Virus record (IMG/VR): IMGVR_UViG_3300037991_005796
Location: 1-60,823 of that record
DNA length: 60,823 nt
Strand: one strand, 5' to 3'
Source: a virus
Taxonomy: Duplodnaviria; Caudoviricetes
Position numbers and translations under genes: made by a program. Shown here piece by piece: positions 28,879-39,330 of the stretch. Position 1 is the stretch's first letter; each line of letters opens with the position of its first letter. The notes below the pieces were generated by a model. The model was not told the origin of the DNA and did not search any database. It saw only the letters and a program-made list of their open reading frames with translations.

Positions 28879-29714
28879 TTTATGCAAATGGTGATAGTTG
28901 GACTGCAGGAGATATAGTTGATCCTGAATTATTTGGAGATAATTTTGCTAAAGTTAATGATCCTGATAACCGTCAATACAGACTACCTAGAGTTTGGCCT
29001 CATAAGTTAGGTAAGTTATTAGATATTGAAGTTATTAATAATTCACACGCAGGAGGCTCTAATGATAGAATAGTACGATCAACTATAAACGATATAATAG
29101 GTTTGTTAAATAATTCAAAAGATCCGAAAGATATATTTGTAATAATAGGATGGTCATCTCCTGAAAGAAAAGATTTTTATTATAAATGGGATAAAGAAGC
29201 TGAAGGAGGAGAATGGGAATGTTTATATCCTGCTGAACTTAAACATTGGAAATCTGAAAGCAATGAACTAAACGATTTTTTTAAACTATATGTTTTAAAT
29301 CATTGGTATGAAGAAGAGTTTATTACTAGACATGCTTTAAATACTATTACTCTTCATAACTTTTTAAATAATTTAGGAATTAAACATTTATTTTTTAATG
29401 CATTTTATGAAGAAAAAGAACAAGTACTTGATGAAAACGCTCATCAATTGTTTGATCCTAATGAATTACAACAGTATATAGTAAATTTTGAAAATAAGAC
29501 AAGCAAAAAAACTTTAGAAAGATTAGAAATTGACAATATTATAAAGCATTATCATAAAATTTATAAAGCTAATTTTGTGAATAAATCTTTTATAAAATTT
29601 TTATTAGAAAATAATAAGTTTAAACAAGAAGAATTAATTGATTATCATCCTACAGAGTTAGGACATCAATTATGGGCAGAGTTCTTACAAAATAAAGTTA
29701 ATGAAAAATTATAA
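28866..29714 (+). CDS. SGNH/GDSL-like protein
   Basis: NGDSWT, GGSN, IIGWS, DYHP. Confidence 0.75.
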   Translation: MAKLIYANGDSWTAGDIVDPELFGDNFAKVNDPDNRQYRLPRVWPHKLGKLLDIEVINNSHAGGSNDRIVRSTINDIIGLLNNSKDPKDIFVIIGWSSPERKDFYYKWDKEAEGGEWECLYPAELKHWKSESNELNDFFKLYVLNHWYEEEFITRHALNTITLHNFLNNLGIKHLFFNAFYEEKEQVLDENAHQLFDPNELQQYIVNFENKTSKKTLERLEIDNIIKHYHKIYKANFVNKSFIKFLLENNKFKQEELIDYHPTELGHQLWAEFLQNKVNEKL

Positions 29715-30441
29715 AAATCTGTACATTAACGGCTGTAGTTTTACTGCAGGTCATGAACTAGATGATAAGTATATATGGCCGAACCTTTTGAGCAAAGAAT
29801 TAAATGTTAATTTAATAAATCAGGCTAAAAATGGACAATCTTTTGAATCTATAGTTTATAATTCAGTAAACCACTTATGCAATTTAAAACCATCAGAGAC
29901 TCTAGTAATCATAGGAATTACATGGCCTGAAAGGTACTTAGTTAATGTAGATAATTTTAACTTTAATATTACCCCAGCTGATTTAGGTAAAGATAAAACT
30001 ACGTGGGGGGATAAAACAAGTACTTGGCGTAGAATATCTACACCACTTACTACTGATCAATATGAAATGGATGATATGCATTTTAAATTAAATGAAGAAA
30101 ATATATTTAAAATTTTAACATCATATAAAAAGTACTATGAAACTTTAGTTAAATATTCTTCAACCTTAGAATATGATCAAAAATTAAAACAAAATTACCT
30201 TTTGATTATGCTACAGTCTTTTTTAAAAACACATAAATTTAATTATAGGTTTATAGGATTCGATGCTGATGATAAATTGTTTGGTACTCAATTTGATATT
30301 AAACCTTTCGAAAAATTCGATAAAAAAAAATACATATTCTTTAATTACAAAAATGTATGTAATAGGGACGGTACAAGCCATCCTACGAAAGAGTGTTGTA
30401 TAAAAATAAAAGATACAATTTTAAAAAGTTTAAATGGTTAG
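29701..30441 (+). CDS. SGNH/GDSL-like protein
   Basis: NGCSFT, NQAKNGQS, IGITW, TSHP. Confidence 0.72.
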   Translation: MKNYKNLYINGCSFTAGHELDDKYIWPNLLSKELNVNLINQAKNGQSFESIVYNSVNHLCNLKPSETLVIIGITWPERYLVNVDNFNFNITPADLGKDKTTWGDKTSTWRRISTPLTTDQYEMDDMHFKLNEENIFKILTSYKKYYETLVKYSSTLEYDQKLKQNYLLIMLQSFLKTHKFNYRFIGFDADDKLFGTQFDIKPFEKFDKKKYIFFNYKNVCNRDGTSHPTKECCIKIKDTILKSLNG

Positions 30442-31705
30442 CATAATAGATAATTTTAATCAAGTAAGTCTACATAATCCTTCAGAGGAAATATTAAAAC
30501 TTTATTCTCATATAGATGAAATATATGAAGTAGATCCTAGAGGTTATAATATTACTAGACCTTTATTTTCTCATTCTGATATGCCCAATTTTCTAAATAC
30601 TCCTACTATTAATATAAAAGATTTTGGATGGGATAAACCTTTTGTATATAGTGTAGTACTTCATCATAATAATGCATTAGCTGCTAAACATTTAAATTTA
30701 ATTCCTAAAAAAATATTAGAACAAATTAAAGAAAAAAAATGTAAATTAGTTTTAGATAATACTATGGAAGGAGATGAAGTAACTAGATTTTTCAAAGCTA
30801 TTTACAACTCTATAGAGGAATTAAAATTACCTGCATCTCAAATTTATTATGTCACTAATAGTTTAGTAGCTGAAAATGAACATAAAAGTTGGATATCAGA
30901 AAAAAATATTTACAATACTATAAATGTTATATCTTTTATGTATAACGTAATGGACGTACAAAGGTTAAAAAACTTAAACCACTTACCTCAGCATGTAGAT
31001 ATAGAAGAAGAAATTTACTATAAAGAACAGAATATAGATAAAATTAAACCTTTTTTAAAAGTAAACAGAACTGGTAGACCTGAAAGAAACTTATTTATGC
31101 TTCATTTAAATAAATACGATTTATTTGATAAGTTTTTAATTAGTTTTCCTGAATATCCTGATTATAATTTTCCATCTAATATGTTTCATAATATTACTCA
31201 AGAAGATAATATAGAGTCTTTGAAATTAAAATGTCCTTTTGATATTGATCAAACAGATATAGATAATCATGGACCTCCTGGAGCAGGAATAGGGAAATTC
31301 AATGCTGACTTACCTTTTGATCCTACACATTACAGAAATAGTATGTTAAGTTTTGTAATGTGTGCTTTTCCTTTTGTAGAAGGATGCTGTCATCTACACA
31401 GTTCGACTTTTAATCCTATATACTGCGGACACCCAGTCATACAATTTGGACCTCATAACCATTTAGAGGTACTTAAATCACTCGGGTTTAAAACATTTAG
31501 TAAATGGTGGGACGAATCTTATGATAAAGAAGGAGAAGGTTGGGTAAGATTTCAAGGAGTTTTGAATAATCTCAATACTTTAAGAAAATTATCGAAAACT
31601 CAAATACTTAACATGTATAAAGATATGAAAAATGTACTACAACATAACTCAGATCTCATACAAAACTATAACATAAAAAAAGTTTTAATAGATAGGATTT
31701 TATAA
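30434..31705 (+). CDS. Putative glycosyltransferase (GT-B, GT10/GT47-like C-terminus)
   Basis: NRTGRPER and HPVIQFG...LKSLGFKTFSKWWDESYD...HN pattern typical of phage glycan-cluster proteins. Confidence 0.5.
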   Translation: MVSIIDNFNQVSLHNPSEEILKLYSHIDEIYEVDPRGYNITRPLFSHSDMPNFLNTPTINIKDFGWDKPFVYSVVLHHNNALAAKHLNLIPKKILEQIKEKKCKLVLDNTMEGDEVTRFFKAIYNSIEELKLPASQIYYVTNSLVAENEHKSWISEKNIYNTINVISFMYNVMDVQRLKNLNHLPQHVDIEEEIYYKEQNIDKIKPFLKVNRTGRPERNLFMLHLNKYDLFDKFLISFPEYPDYNFPSNMFHNITQEDNIESLKLKCPFDIDQTDIDNHGPPGAGIGKFNADLPFDPTHYRNSMLSFVMCAFPFVEGCCHLHSSTFNPIYCGHPVIQFGPHNHLEVLKSLGFKTFSKWWDESYDKEGEGWVRFQGVLNNLNTLRKLSKTQILNMYKDMKNVLQHNSDLIQNYNIKKVLIDRIL

Positions 31706-32106
31706 TGGAATTTTTAATACATAAATATACAGTAATAACTGAAAAAGAACCTTCTTTCGATATACCAGAATTATTTGATTCATACGTAGGAGAGCTAGAA
31801 GATTGTTATTATAAAATAAAAACTAAAGAGTTGAATTGTCAACAGTTTTATTTAGGACATCTTATTATAAAAGATCTAAAAAGTTTAGATTTTGATTTAA
31901 ATACAGTTACTAAATATGATATTTTTACCAATGCAGCTTACTTTAAGGAAGTACAACATGCAGGACCACATTATGAAAATCACGTTGATGATAGTATATT
32001 TTTATGTACTGGATGGAATTTTCCTTGTATAGTTAATAGTTATAGAACTAATAACTCTCTTTATGGTAATCTAAGAAGACATAGAACTAAAATTTTTGAA
32101 TTATGA
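31705..32106 (+). CDS. Hypothetical protein
   Basis: 133 aa ORF coupled to neighbours. Confidence 0.55.
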   Translation: MEFLIHKYTVITEKEPSFDIPELFDSYVGELEDCYYKIKTKELNCQQFYLGHLIIKDLKSLDFDLNTVTKYDIFTNAAYFKEVQHAGPHYENHVDDSIFLCTGWNFPCIVNSYRTNNSLYGNLRRHRTKIFEL

Positions 32107-32879
32107 GAATAGCAGTTTGTTTATCAGGTCAACTAAGAGGATGGGAAATAGGCTGGAATAATCAGAAATGGTTCTGGTCAACAGCTTTTGAAAATAAAGC
32201 TCAAGTAGATTACTTTGCTCATACATGGAGTTATAGCACTGATAGAGCTGGAGTAGCTCAACCTTATGTTACTAGAGATGTTTCTGTAGAAGAATTCAGA
32301 AAGTTTGCTAGTTTATTTGTTACTAAAAAAGCATTATTAGATGATACACCTCAAAAGAAATTTTATAGTAATGATCATTGGACTGGATTATTTTATAGCT
32401 TTGTAAAATCGTTAATACTTAAAAGAGAGTACGAACGTAAACATAATTTTGAATATGATGTAGTAATTAAGTCTAGACCTGATGTAATATTTAACCCTGA
32501 TTCATTATGTACTTTACCTCATTTACTCGAAGATAGCGTTATATATACAACCCATGGTGGAGCAATGAGTATGGAATTTAACATGCAAAATTTTAACGAT
32601 TGTGTGTTTTTATCAAATTCCTACACTATGGATATGTTAATTAACACCATGCATTACAGGCAACAAAAAATTAGAGTACCAGAAGAAAACGTACATACTT
32701 TAGGACCTGGTGTATTAATGCATGAATATTTTAGAGATTATGGAATAACTCCTAGATTTAACGGCTTAGATTGGAATGAAGCTTTACTTAAATTAGGATG
32801 TCCTGATGACCTAGATTTATTTAATAAAAAAGATTATTCTAAAATGGAAAAATATTTTAGAGAGTGGTATACTAAATGA
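32103..32879 (+). CDS. Putative glycosyltransferase, IAVCLSGQLR/RPD family (copy 1)
   Basis: MRIAVCLSGQLR, HTW, YDVVIKSRPD, NDCVF. Confidence 0.55.
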   Translation: MRIAVCLSGQLRGWEIGWNNQKWFWSTAFENKAQVDYFAHTWSYSTDRAGVAQPYVTRDVSVEEFRKFASLFVTKKALLDDTPQKKFYSNDHWTGLFYSFVKSLILKREYERKHNFEYDVVIKSRPDVIFNPDSLCTLPHLLEDSVIYTTHGGAMSMEFNMQNFNDCVFLSNSYTMDMLINTMHYRQQKIRVPEENVHTLGPGVLMHEYFRDYGITPRFNGLDWNEALLKLGCPDDLDLFNKKDYSKMEKYFREWYTK

Positions 32880-33820
32880 AAAAGACATTAGCATTTTTTA
32901 CCTGTAGTAACGGTTTAGGCCATTTTAGCAGAATACTTAAAATATCAGAGTATTTGCAAAATGAATTCGATATTACTATATATTGCGAAAAGTTTCAATA
33001 TGATAAATTTAATCCTAAGTTAAACGTTAATTTCGAATATTATATTTTAAGTAATATTAGATGGGATAAAACTCTTACAGATAATAAAGTAGATTTCGAA
33101 ACATACTTTAAATGGTGTTCAATTTATGGACCTAAGTCTTTGAAGTATGATATAGCTGTTAGCGATAATGTTGTAGGATTATTAAGATATCGAAAAGATA
33201 TAATACTTTCTGGTTCATTTTTATGGAAAGATATATATCAAAATAAGTTTGAAGATAATAAACTTTCTTCTTTTGATAACGAATTGATAGAAAAATTTAA
33301 ACCAGTAATATTAACTAATAAGTATGCTGAAGTTAGTAGTTTAAAAACTTATTCCAATAAACAACAATTCGGTTGGGGATGTGATATTGAACCAGCAGGA
33401 TATTGGGGAAAAGGATCAAATATAGTTTTAGGTATCCCAAGTTTAAACTATCTACCTGAATATAAAAAATTTATGTTAAATTTTGCCATGTTTTTAGAAA
33501 AAAATAACGTAAATTTTAATTGGAATGTAAAAAAAAATACTGGTACAACATTTGTTATACGTCCTGGTGTAGGAATGCTAACCCATTGTGTTGAAAACTA
33601 TATACCTATAATTGCACTTTATAGTGAAAAAGATTCGGTTGAAATTATAGAGTTAGCTAATAAAGTAGAAGAATTAGGTATAGGTAAAAAAGTAAATATA
33701 GATAGTAAAAATATATCGTTTGAAAACCTAATTACTTATGATAATAATGATATTTATAAGAAAGTAATACTAGAAAAAGAAGGTTATAAAAAAATTGCTA
33801 ATTACTTAAAAGAATTATAG
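32876..33820 (+). CDS. GT-B fold glycosyltransferase (GT28/PseG-like)
   Basis: SNGLGHFSR N-terminal motif; RPGVG...IPII. Confidence 0.7.
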   Translation: MKKTLAFFTCSNGLGHFSRILKISEYLQNEFDITIYCEKFQYDKFNPKLNVNFEYYILSNIRWDKTLTDNKVDFETYFKWCSIYGPKSLKYDIAVSDNVVGLLRYRKDIILSGSFLWKDIYQNKFEDNKLSSFDNELIEKFKPVILTNKYAEVSSLKTYSNKQQFGWGCDIEPAGYWGKGSNIVLGIPSLNYLPEYKKFMLNFAMFLEKNNVNFNWNVKKNTGTTFVIRPGVGMLTHCVENYIPIIALYSEKDSVEIIELANKVEELGIGKKVNIDSKNISFENLITYDNNDIYKKVILEKEGYKKIANYLKEL

Positions 33821-33822
33821 TT

Positions 33823-34590
33823 ATGAAAATAGGAGTTATAGGGGTAGGTGTAGTAGGCACCGCAATCAAACAAGGTTTTGAAGACCTAGGACATACAGTA
33901 AAAATACATGATATAAAATTAGACACATCTATTAAAGATGTACTTGACACCGAAATAGTATATTTATGTCTTCCTACTAATTCAAGTGATGATGGATCTT
34001 GCAATACTGAAGCATTAATATGGACAGTTGATGCTTTATCGGATCATAACTATAAAGGCATTATAGCAATTAAATCTACTATCATCCCAGGCACTTTTGA
34101 TAAACTCAAAATAATGTTTGATTCTCAAAGACTTTGTCATGTACCTGAATTTTTAAGAGAAAAACATGCATATGATGATTTTACTAAAAACCATAATGTA
34201 TTAATAATAGGTACACCTAATGATAAATGTAGTGAGTCTGTAATTAAGAGTCATGGTAATTATCCTAAAAAGGTATATAAAATGAAACCTGAAGAAGCAG
34301 AGTTTGTTAAATACTTTTCAAATGTATTCAAAGCAGTAAAAATAACCTTTGCTAATTCATTTGGAAAAATATGTGACAAATATAATGTAGATTATAGTAA
34401 AGTATTATTAGCTTTTGCTCTAGAAAATGTAGCAGAGACGTCTTATTTAAGGTATAACAAAGAGTTTAAAGGGTTTGGTGGAATGTGCTTGCCTAAAGAT
34501 GTTAGAGCTTTATCTAAATTAGTTGAAAAAGAAAATATAAACGTAGATTTATTTAAATTTATTTTAGAAGAAAATGAAAAATTTATTTAA
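33823..34590 (+). CDS. ugd: UDP-glucose/GDP-mannose dehydrogenase family protein (C-terminal domain absent)
   Basis: GVGVVG, IKSTIIPGT, PEFLRE, KYFSN, GFGGMCLPKD; only 255 aa. Confidence 0.88.
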   Translation: MKIGVIGVGVVGTAIKQGFEDLGHTVKIHDIKLDTSIKDVLDTEIVYLCLPTNSSDDGSCNTEALIWTVDALSDHNYKGIIAIKSTIIPGTFDKLKIMFDSQRLCHVPEFLREKHAYDDFTKNHNVLIIGTPNDKCSESVIKSHGNYPKKVYKMKPEEAEFVKYFSNVFKAVKITFANSFGKICDKYNVDYSKVLLAFALENVAETSYLRYNKEFKGFGGMCLPKDVRALSKLVEKENINVDLFKFILEENEKFI

Positions 34591-35434
34591 AGATCTTAAA
34601 GAAGAAAAAAACGATTATAGAAATAATCTTTTAGCTAATTATGGTGAAAAAAACAAAATTAGATATTGGAGATATTCTGATACTAAAGAAGCTTTAGCAA
34701 AGCAAGATGCTTTCAAAAGAGAATATTGGACAGGAAAGACCTTACAGTATAGATACAATAATTACGGTTTTAGAACAGACGATGATTTTAATTTAGAAGA
34801 CGAAGGAATAATTACTTTAGGATGTAGTTTTACTGAAGGTGTAGGTCTACCTATAGAATATACTTGGGGATATAAATTAAGTAAATATTTAGGTTTAAAA
34901 TTCTGGAATTTAGGTCAAGGTGCTATGGGACTTCATACATGTTTTAGACTATTATTAGGTATAGCAGGTCATGTAAAGTTTAAAAAAGTGTTTTTATTAT
35001 CACCTCCTTTGTATAGAAAAGAATTTATAACAGAGGATAATAATATGTTAAAAGATTTTTTAGACGAAAGAAGTAAGACTAAAAACTTATTTCATACCTT
35101 AGGCCAAGATATGAGAGAAAAAATTTATTTTAACACCTCAGATAAAGATTATGATAATTTACTTAAAGCTTGGTTATTCGGTAGTAGAAAAGATACAGTT
35201 ATAGATCAAATAAGGTCAATATATGCTATAGAGGGATTATGTAAAGATTTAAACGTTGACTTTTATTATGAAAATTTTTATACTTTTTTCAATAAAAAAT
35301 ATTTAGATTTAGAAAAAACTATACCAGAAGAAGAATGTCCTAATATACCTGCTAGAGATGGTCATTGGTCTGCTAGGAGACAGCATTTAATTTATAAAAA
35401 ATTTATAGAGTTATATGAAAATAATAACAGGTGA
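34574..35434 (+). CDS. SGNH/GDSL-like protein
   Basis: NNYGFR, LGCSFTEGVG, NLGQGA, RDGHW. Confidence 0.72.
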   Translation: MKNLFKDLKEEKNDYRNNLLANYGEKNKIRYWRYSDTKEALAKQDAFKREYWTGKTLQYRYNNYGFRTDDDFNLEDEGIITLGCSFTEGVGLPIEYTWGYKLSKYLGLKFWNLGQGAMGLHTCFRLLLGIAGHVKFKKVFLLSPPLYRKEFITEDNNMLKDFLDERSKTKNLFHTLGQDMREKIYFNTSDKDYDNLLKAWLFGSRKDTVIDQIRSIYAIEGLCKDLNVDFYYENFYTFFNKKYLDLEKTIPEEECPNIPARDGHWSARRQHLIYKKFIELYENNNR

Positions 35435-36269
35435 AACTATTCAAGATTTATGCAAAATTAGCATAAGTAAAAAAGAACATAAAGCTTTAGAAAGTCAAAG
35501 TCAATTAAATTCTATAGATATAGATAATTTTGATTTTACTGGTTATGATAATCCTGATTTAGTATATGTTAATAGTTCTTTAATTAATTCTACAAAACCT
35601 AAACTAGTAGAAAGTAAATTATATGATAAATTAAGTAAATTTAAAAATAAATTTGACTTAGTATTGCATAATTCTGATGATTCGTTTAATGACGAACACT
35701 TAAAATATTTTGAAATAAAAAATATTAATAAAATATTTACTCAAAATATCAACACACAGCATGAAAGACTTATACCTTTACCTATAGGATTAGCTAATAG
35801 CATGTGGGATTTTGGTAAGATAGAAGAATTTAAAAGTTTGATAGACCACAGTGTTGAAAAAACAAAATTTATTCATTTTAATTTTACAGTCGAAGGTGGA
35901 GTAAGATCTGAATTTAGACCTCAATGTTATAAAGCTGCTATAGATAAAAAAATACCTCTTTCTGATAACCTACCATTCAAAGAATACGTTAAAGATTTAC
36001 AACTACATAAATACTGTTTGAGCCCAGAAGGTAATGGAATAGACTGTCATAGGATGTGGGAGTGTTTATACTTAAAAGTTATTCCAATCTGCCATAGAAA
36101 TAAAGTTACTGAATATTTTAGTAAACTATTTCCTATAGTTTTAGTAGATGATTGGAATGAATTAGATTTACAGTATTTAGAAAAACATTATAATAAATTA
36201 TCAAATTGGAAAAACTACTACCTTTTAGATTTGGATATGTTTATTAAAAAAATTAAATTAAATGGTTAA
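35415..36269 (+). CDS. Exostosin (GT47)-like glycosyltransferase
   Basis: LPIGLAN; KYCLSPEGNGIDCHRMWECLYLKVIPI. Confidence 0.75.
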   Translation: MKIITGETIQDLCKISISKKEHKALESQSQLNSIDIDNFDFTGYDNPDLVYVNSSLINSTKPKLVESKLYDKLSKFKNKFDLVLHNSDDSFNDEHLKYFEIKNINKIFTQNINTQHERLIPLPIGLANSMWDFGKIEEFKSLIDHSVEKTKFIHFNFTVEGGVRSEFRPQCYKAAIDKKIPLSDNLPFKEYVKDLQLHKYCLSPEGNGIDCHRMWECLYLKVIPICHRNKVTEYFSKLFPIVLVDDWNELDLQYLEKHYNKLSNWKNYYLLDLDMFIKKIKLNG

Positions 36270-36909
36270 CCACGAACATAAGTTTATATTTTTACACGTA
36301 CCTAAGACAGCAGGTAGTTCTATAGGACATATGTTATGGCAAAGCGCAGGTATCGACGATAGGTACGAAGGGTTTAGAATTCATCACGATGATTTGACTT
36401 TAGACATGTTAGAAGAATATTTTGTATTTACTTTTGTTAGAAACCCTTGGGATAGATTATGGTCACAGTATAAGTATAGACCTTTTCTACACGAAAAATA
36501 CACATTTGACGATGTAGTATTCAATATAGAAGATTATTTTAAAAAATATTATAACAGCGATGTTGATAATCCTAAAGATCATGTAATATTAGATGATAGA
36601 TACTATAGAGCTAATTATTATGCAGAATTTATTCATTTACCTAGTCAAACTGATTTTTTAAAAGGTAAATACAATGATAAAATAAATAAACTTCCTTATA
36701 TAGATTATTTTGGTAGATTCGAAAATTTAAAAGAAGATTTAGATATAATATACGAAAAAATCGGTTTCCCTAAAACTAAATTATTACATAGAAATAAAAG
36801 CAATATAAAAAAATTTAAACACTATACTGAAGCTTACTCAGATAAGGCTAAGGAGTTTGTTAAAGAAAAATATAAAGAGGATATAATAAATTTTAGTTAT
36901 GAATTTTGA
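36262..36909 (+). CDS. Carbohydrate sulfotransferase (Sulfotransfer_2-like)
   Basis: 5'-PSB FLHVPKTAGSSI, 3'-PB FVRNPWDRLWSQY, GRFENL, terminal DIINFSY. Confidence 0.88.
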   Translation: MVNHEHKFIFLHVPKTAGSSIGHMLWQSAGIDDRYEGFRIHHDDLTLDMLEEYFVFTFVRNPWDRLWSQYKYRPFLHEKYTFDDVVFNIEDYFKKYYNSDVDNPKDHVILDDRYYRANYYAEFIHLPSQTDFLKGKYNDKINKLPYIDYFGRFENLKEDLDIIYEKIGFPKTKLLHRNKSNIKKFKHYTEAYSDKAKEFVKEKYKEDIINFSYEF

Positions 36910-37702
36910 GTTAACAGGAGTACGTTATTGGAAAGAAAGTTTTAAACATCTCAAGCATTTTGATATTTTACCTTATCAAAAAGTAGTAGATTTATATTTA
37001 GAGGTTCATCAAGAGTTAAAACCTACTCAAGAAACTTTCGGATGGAATGAAAGACCCATAAATTCAGATGTTGACAAAATAAAAAAAGGAGAAAGCTGGG
37101 ATGGGTTTGACCCAGTTTATTTTAATATAGATCCTACTGAAGAAAAAGTAGTTATGGCTAAAGCTGATGTTATATCTATGGATATGGCTGGAGTAGGTAA
37201 AGAATGGGATAAATTTTTATATTTAACTTTACCGTATAAGCTCATTAATAATTACATGACTAATATGCATGATAATGAAGATGTAAGTATAGCAAGAAAA
37301 TTTATTAATGAAATTGAAGATACAGTAGGATGGGAAGGAGATAATTGGAAGTCTATAGAAAAAAAATATGACCACCTATACCCAGAAACCTCTACCTATA
37401 CAGATATGTATGAAACTCATACTTGTATAAAATGGAAACAAGATTTCGATATTAGACAGTATATTTCAATAAAAAATAATGGTTTATTATTTCCTATATG
37501 TTATAATAGTATGTACCATATGTTAAGACGTGGTACTCATAGAGCTGTTTTATTAGCTATGACGAATAGTGATATACCTATATTTTTACAATTACCTAAA
37601 GAAAACGAGTATAAAGTTGATACTCCTAAGTTTTTTGGCGGTAAAAAATTAGAAATGTCTGTAAATATTAAAGATAAAGATTTAAAGTTTAATATTGTAT
37701 GA
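36899..37702 (+). CDS. Hypothetical protein, possible ParB/Srx-like fold; paralogue of 39317
   Basis: RGTHR motif; shared blocks YW..FK.L..FDI, KFLYL.LPY.L, SD.P.FL. Confidence 0.45.
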   Translation: MNFELTGVRYWKESFKHLKHFDILPYQKVVDLYLEVHQELKPTQETFGWNERPINSDVDKIKKGESWDGFDPVYFNIDPTEEKVVMAKADVISMDMAGVGKEWDKFLYLTLPYKLINNYMTNMHDNEDVSIARKFINEIEDTVGWEGDNWKSIEKKYDHLYPETSTYTDMYETHTCIKWKQDFDIRQYISIKNNGLLFPICYNSMYHMLRRGTHRAVLLAMTNSDIPIFLQLPKENEYKVDTPKFFGGKKLEMSVNIKDKDLKFNIV

Positions 37703-38370
37703 GTACTAGATACATAAGACGAGATAATAATGTTATATTAGGTTTAGCTAAAAACGGTAGTCAAGCTATTAAACAAATACACAAAAGGAATCCTGGATGG
37801 GATATACTAGAAGAAAGTACCGACTGGAAAGGAATAGATATTTTTGCAGGTCACTATGATCCTGCTGTTACTATTTTTTTTCCCATAAGAGATATTTTAG
37901 ATAGAGCTAAAAGTGAATTGATACAGACTTTAAGAGATAATTATGTAAAGCAAAATAAACCTGTAAATATTTTTATAGATGAACTATTAGAAAAAGAAAA
38001 TAATTATGCTCCTAAATTAACATACTTTCAAAATCACACAGGTAAACTTTTTATAGAAAAAATATTTTTTAATAACGATTGGAACGGATGTAAAATAAAG
38101 TTTTTTGATCTTAAGGAAATGTCATATAAATTTAACGATAAACTCGGATATAATTTAGAAATACCTCAATATAATACAAAAGAGGAAGATGGACCTAAAG
38201 TTGAAATATTAGATTACTTAAATAATATAATTTTTAAAAAAGGTAAATGGGGACGTAAAGAGCATATAATTCTGACCCTTTTTAGCAAACATTGGATAGA
38301 TCATTACAGGAATTTTCACATACCTTTTTGGAAAGGAATTAAAACAACTAAATATTGGTTAGAACTATGA
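37699..38370 (+). CDS. Divergent sulfotransferase-like protein
   Basis: LAKNGSQAI and PIRDILDRAKS match PSB/PB spacing. Confidence 0.55.
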   Translation: MSTRYIRRDNNVILGLAKNGSQAIKQIHKRNPGWDILEESTDWKGIDIFAGHYDPAVTIFFPIRDILDRAKSELIQTLRDNYVKQNKPVNIFIDELLEKENNYAPKLTYFQNHTGKLFIEKIFFNNDWNGCKIKFFDLKEMSYKFNDKLGYNLEIPQYNTKEEDGPKVEILDYLNNIIFKKGKWGRKEHIILTLFSKHWIDHYRNFHIPFWKGIKTTKYWLEL

Positions 38371-39038
38371 AAAGTATAGCAGTAATAATTCATGCAAGAA
38401 CTCAAAGTACTAGATGCCCTAATAAACATTTAAGAGATTTAGGAGACGGAAATACTTTAATTGATATAGCTATTGATAATGTTAGTAAGTTAACTAATGT
38501 AGAAGAAAAATATTTAGCTGCTCACGATAAAGAACTAATAAATAAAGCATCAGGTAAGATAGATATTTTACATAGAGAATACGAAGCAGTAGCACCAGGT
38601 AATTGTCATCATAGTATAATGTATGATCACTTAAATGCCGTAGAGTCCGATTATATTATAAATTACAATCCTTGCCAACCCTTTTTAGATACAGATAAAC
38701 TGCAAAAAGTAATAGATTGGTTTAAAGCTTCTACTTATCAAAACGCTATAACTGTGAAACAGAAACGTAATTTTTTCTGGGATAGTAGAAAAATACCTAT
38801 TAACTTTAAACCTAATGATAGACTCTCAACAACATCAGGCCCTTTTTTATGGGAAGCTACTCATTCATTAGTTATGTATAAACGTTCATATATGTTGGAA
38901 AATTGGGAATTATTTCCTAATTTATATAATGAACCATACCCTTACTTAATTGACTGGGATGATAATGAATTGGTTGATGTTGATACAGAATTAGATTTTA
39001 AATTAGTTAAAACATTATATAATGAAGTACGTAATTGA
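38355..39038 (+). CDS. neuA: Acylneuraminate/ulosonate cytidylyltransferase (NeuA/KdsB-like); start may be 38367
   Basis: IHARTQSTRCPNKHLR, PCQPF, VDVDTELDF. Confidence 0.8.
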   Translation: MVRTMKSIAVIIHARTQSTRCPNKHLRDLGDGNTLIDIAIDNVSKLTNVEEKYLAAHDKELINKASGKIDILHREYEAVAPGNCHHSIMYDHLNAVESDYIINYNPCQPFLDTDKLQKVIDWFKASTYQNAITVKQKRNFFWDSRKIPINFKPNDRLSTTSGPFLWEATHSLVMYKRSYMLENWELFPNLYNEPYPYLIDWDDNELVDVDTELDFKLVKTLYNEVRN

Positions 39039-39330
39039 TATAGACGATACTATATGTAAAGAAGTAGGACCTGTTATTGATAGAAAACCTTTCAAAAACA
39101 GGATAGAAAAGATTAATAAATTATTTGACGAAGGTCATACTATAATATACTATACTGCAAGAGGAAATAAAAGCGGAAGAGGGGAGAAGTATTATAGACC
39201 TATAACTGAAGCTCAATTAGAAGCTTGGGGATGTAAGTACCATCATCTCTATTTTAAACCTTTTGATGCTGATATATTTATAGACGATAGAGCAATTCAC
39301 CCAAACGATTTTTTTAATGAAAGTATATAA
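39022..39330 (+). CDS. Small capless HAD phosphatase (BcbF-like)
   Basis: IDIDDTIC, YYTARG, KP..ADIFIDDRA. Confidence 0.8.
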   Translation: MKYVIDIDDTICKEVGPVIDRKPFKNRIEKINKLFDEGHTIIYYTARGNKSGRGEKYYRPITEAQLEAWGCKYHHLYFKPFDADIFIDDRAIHPNDFFNESI

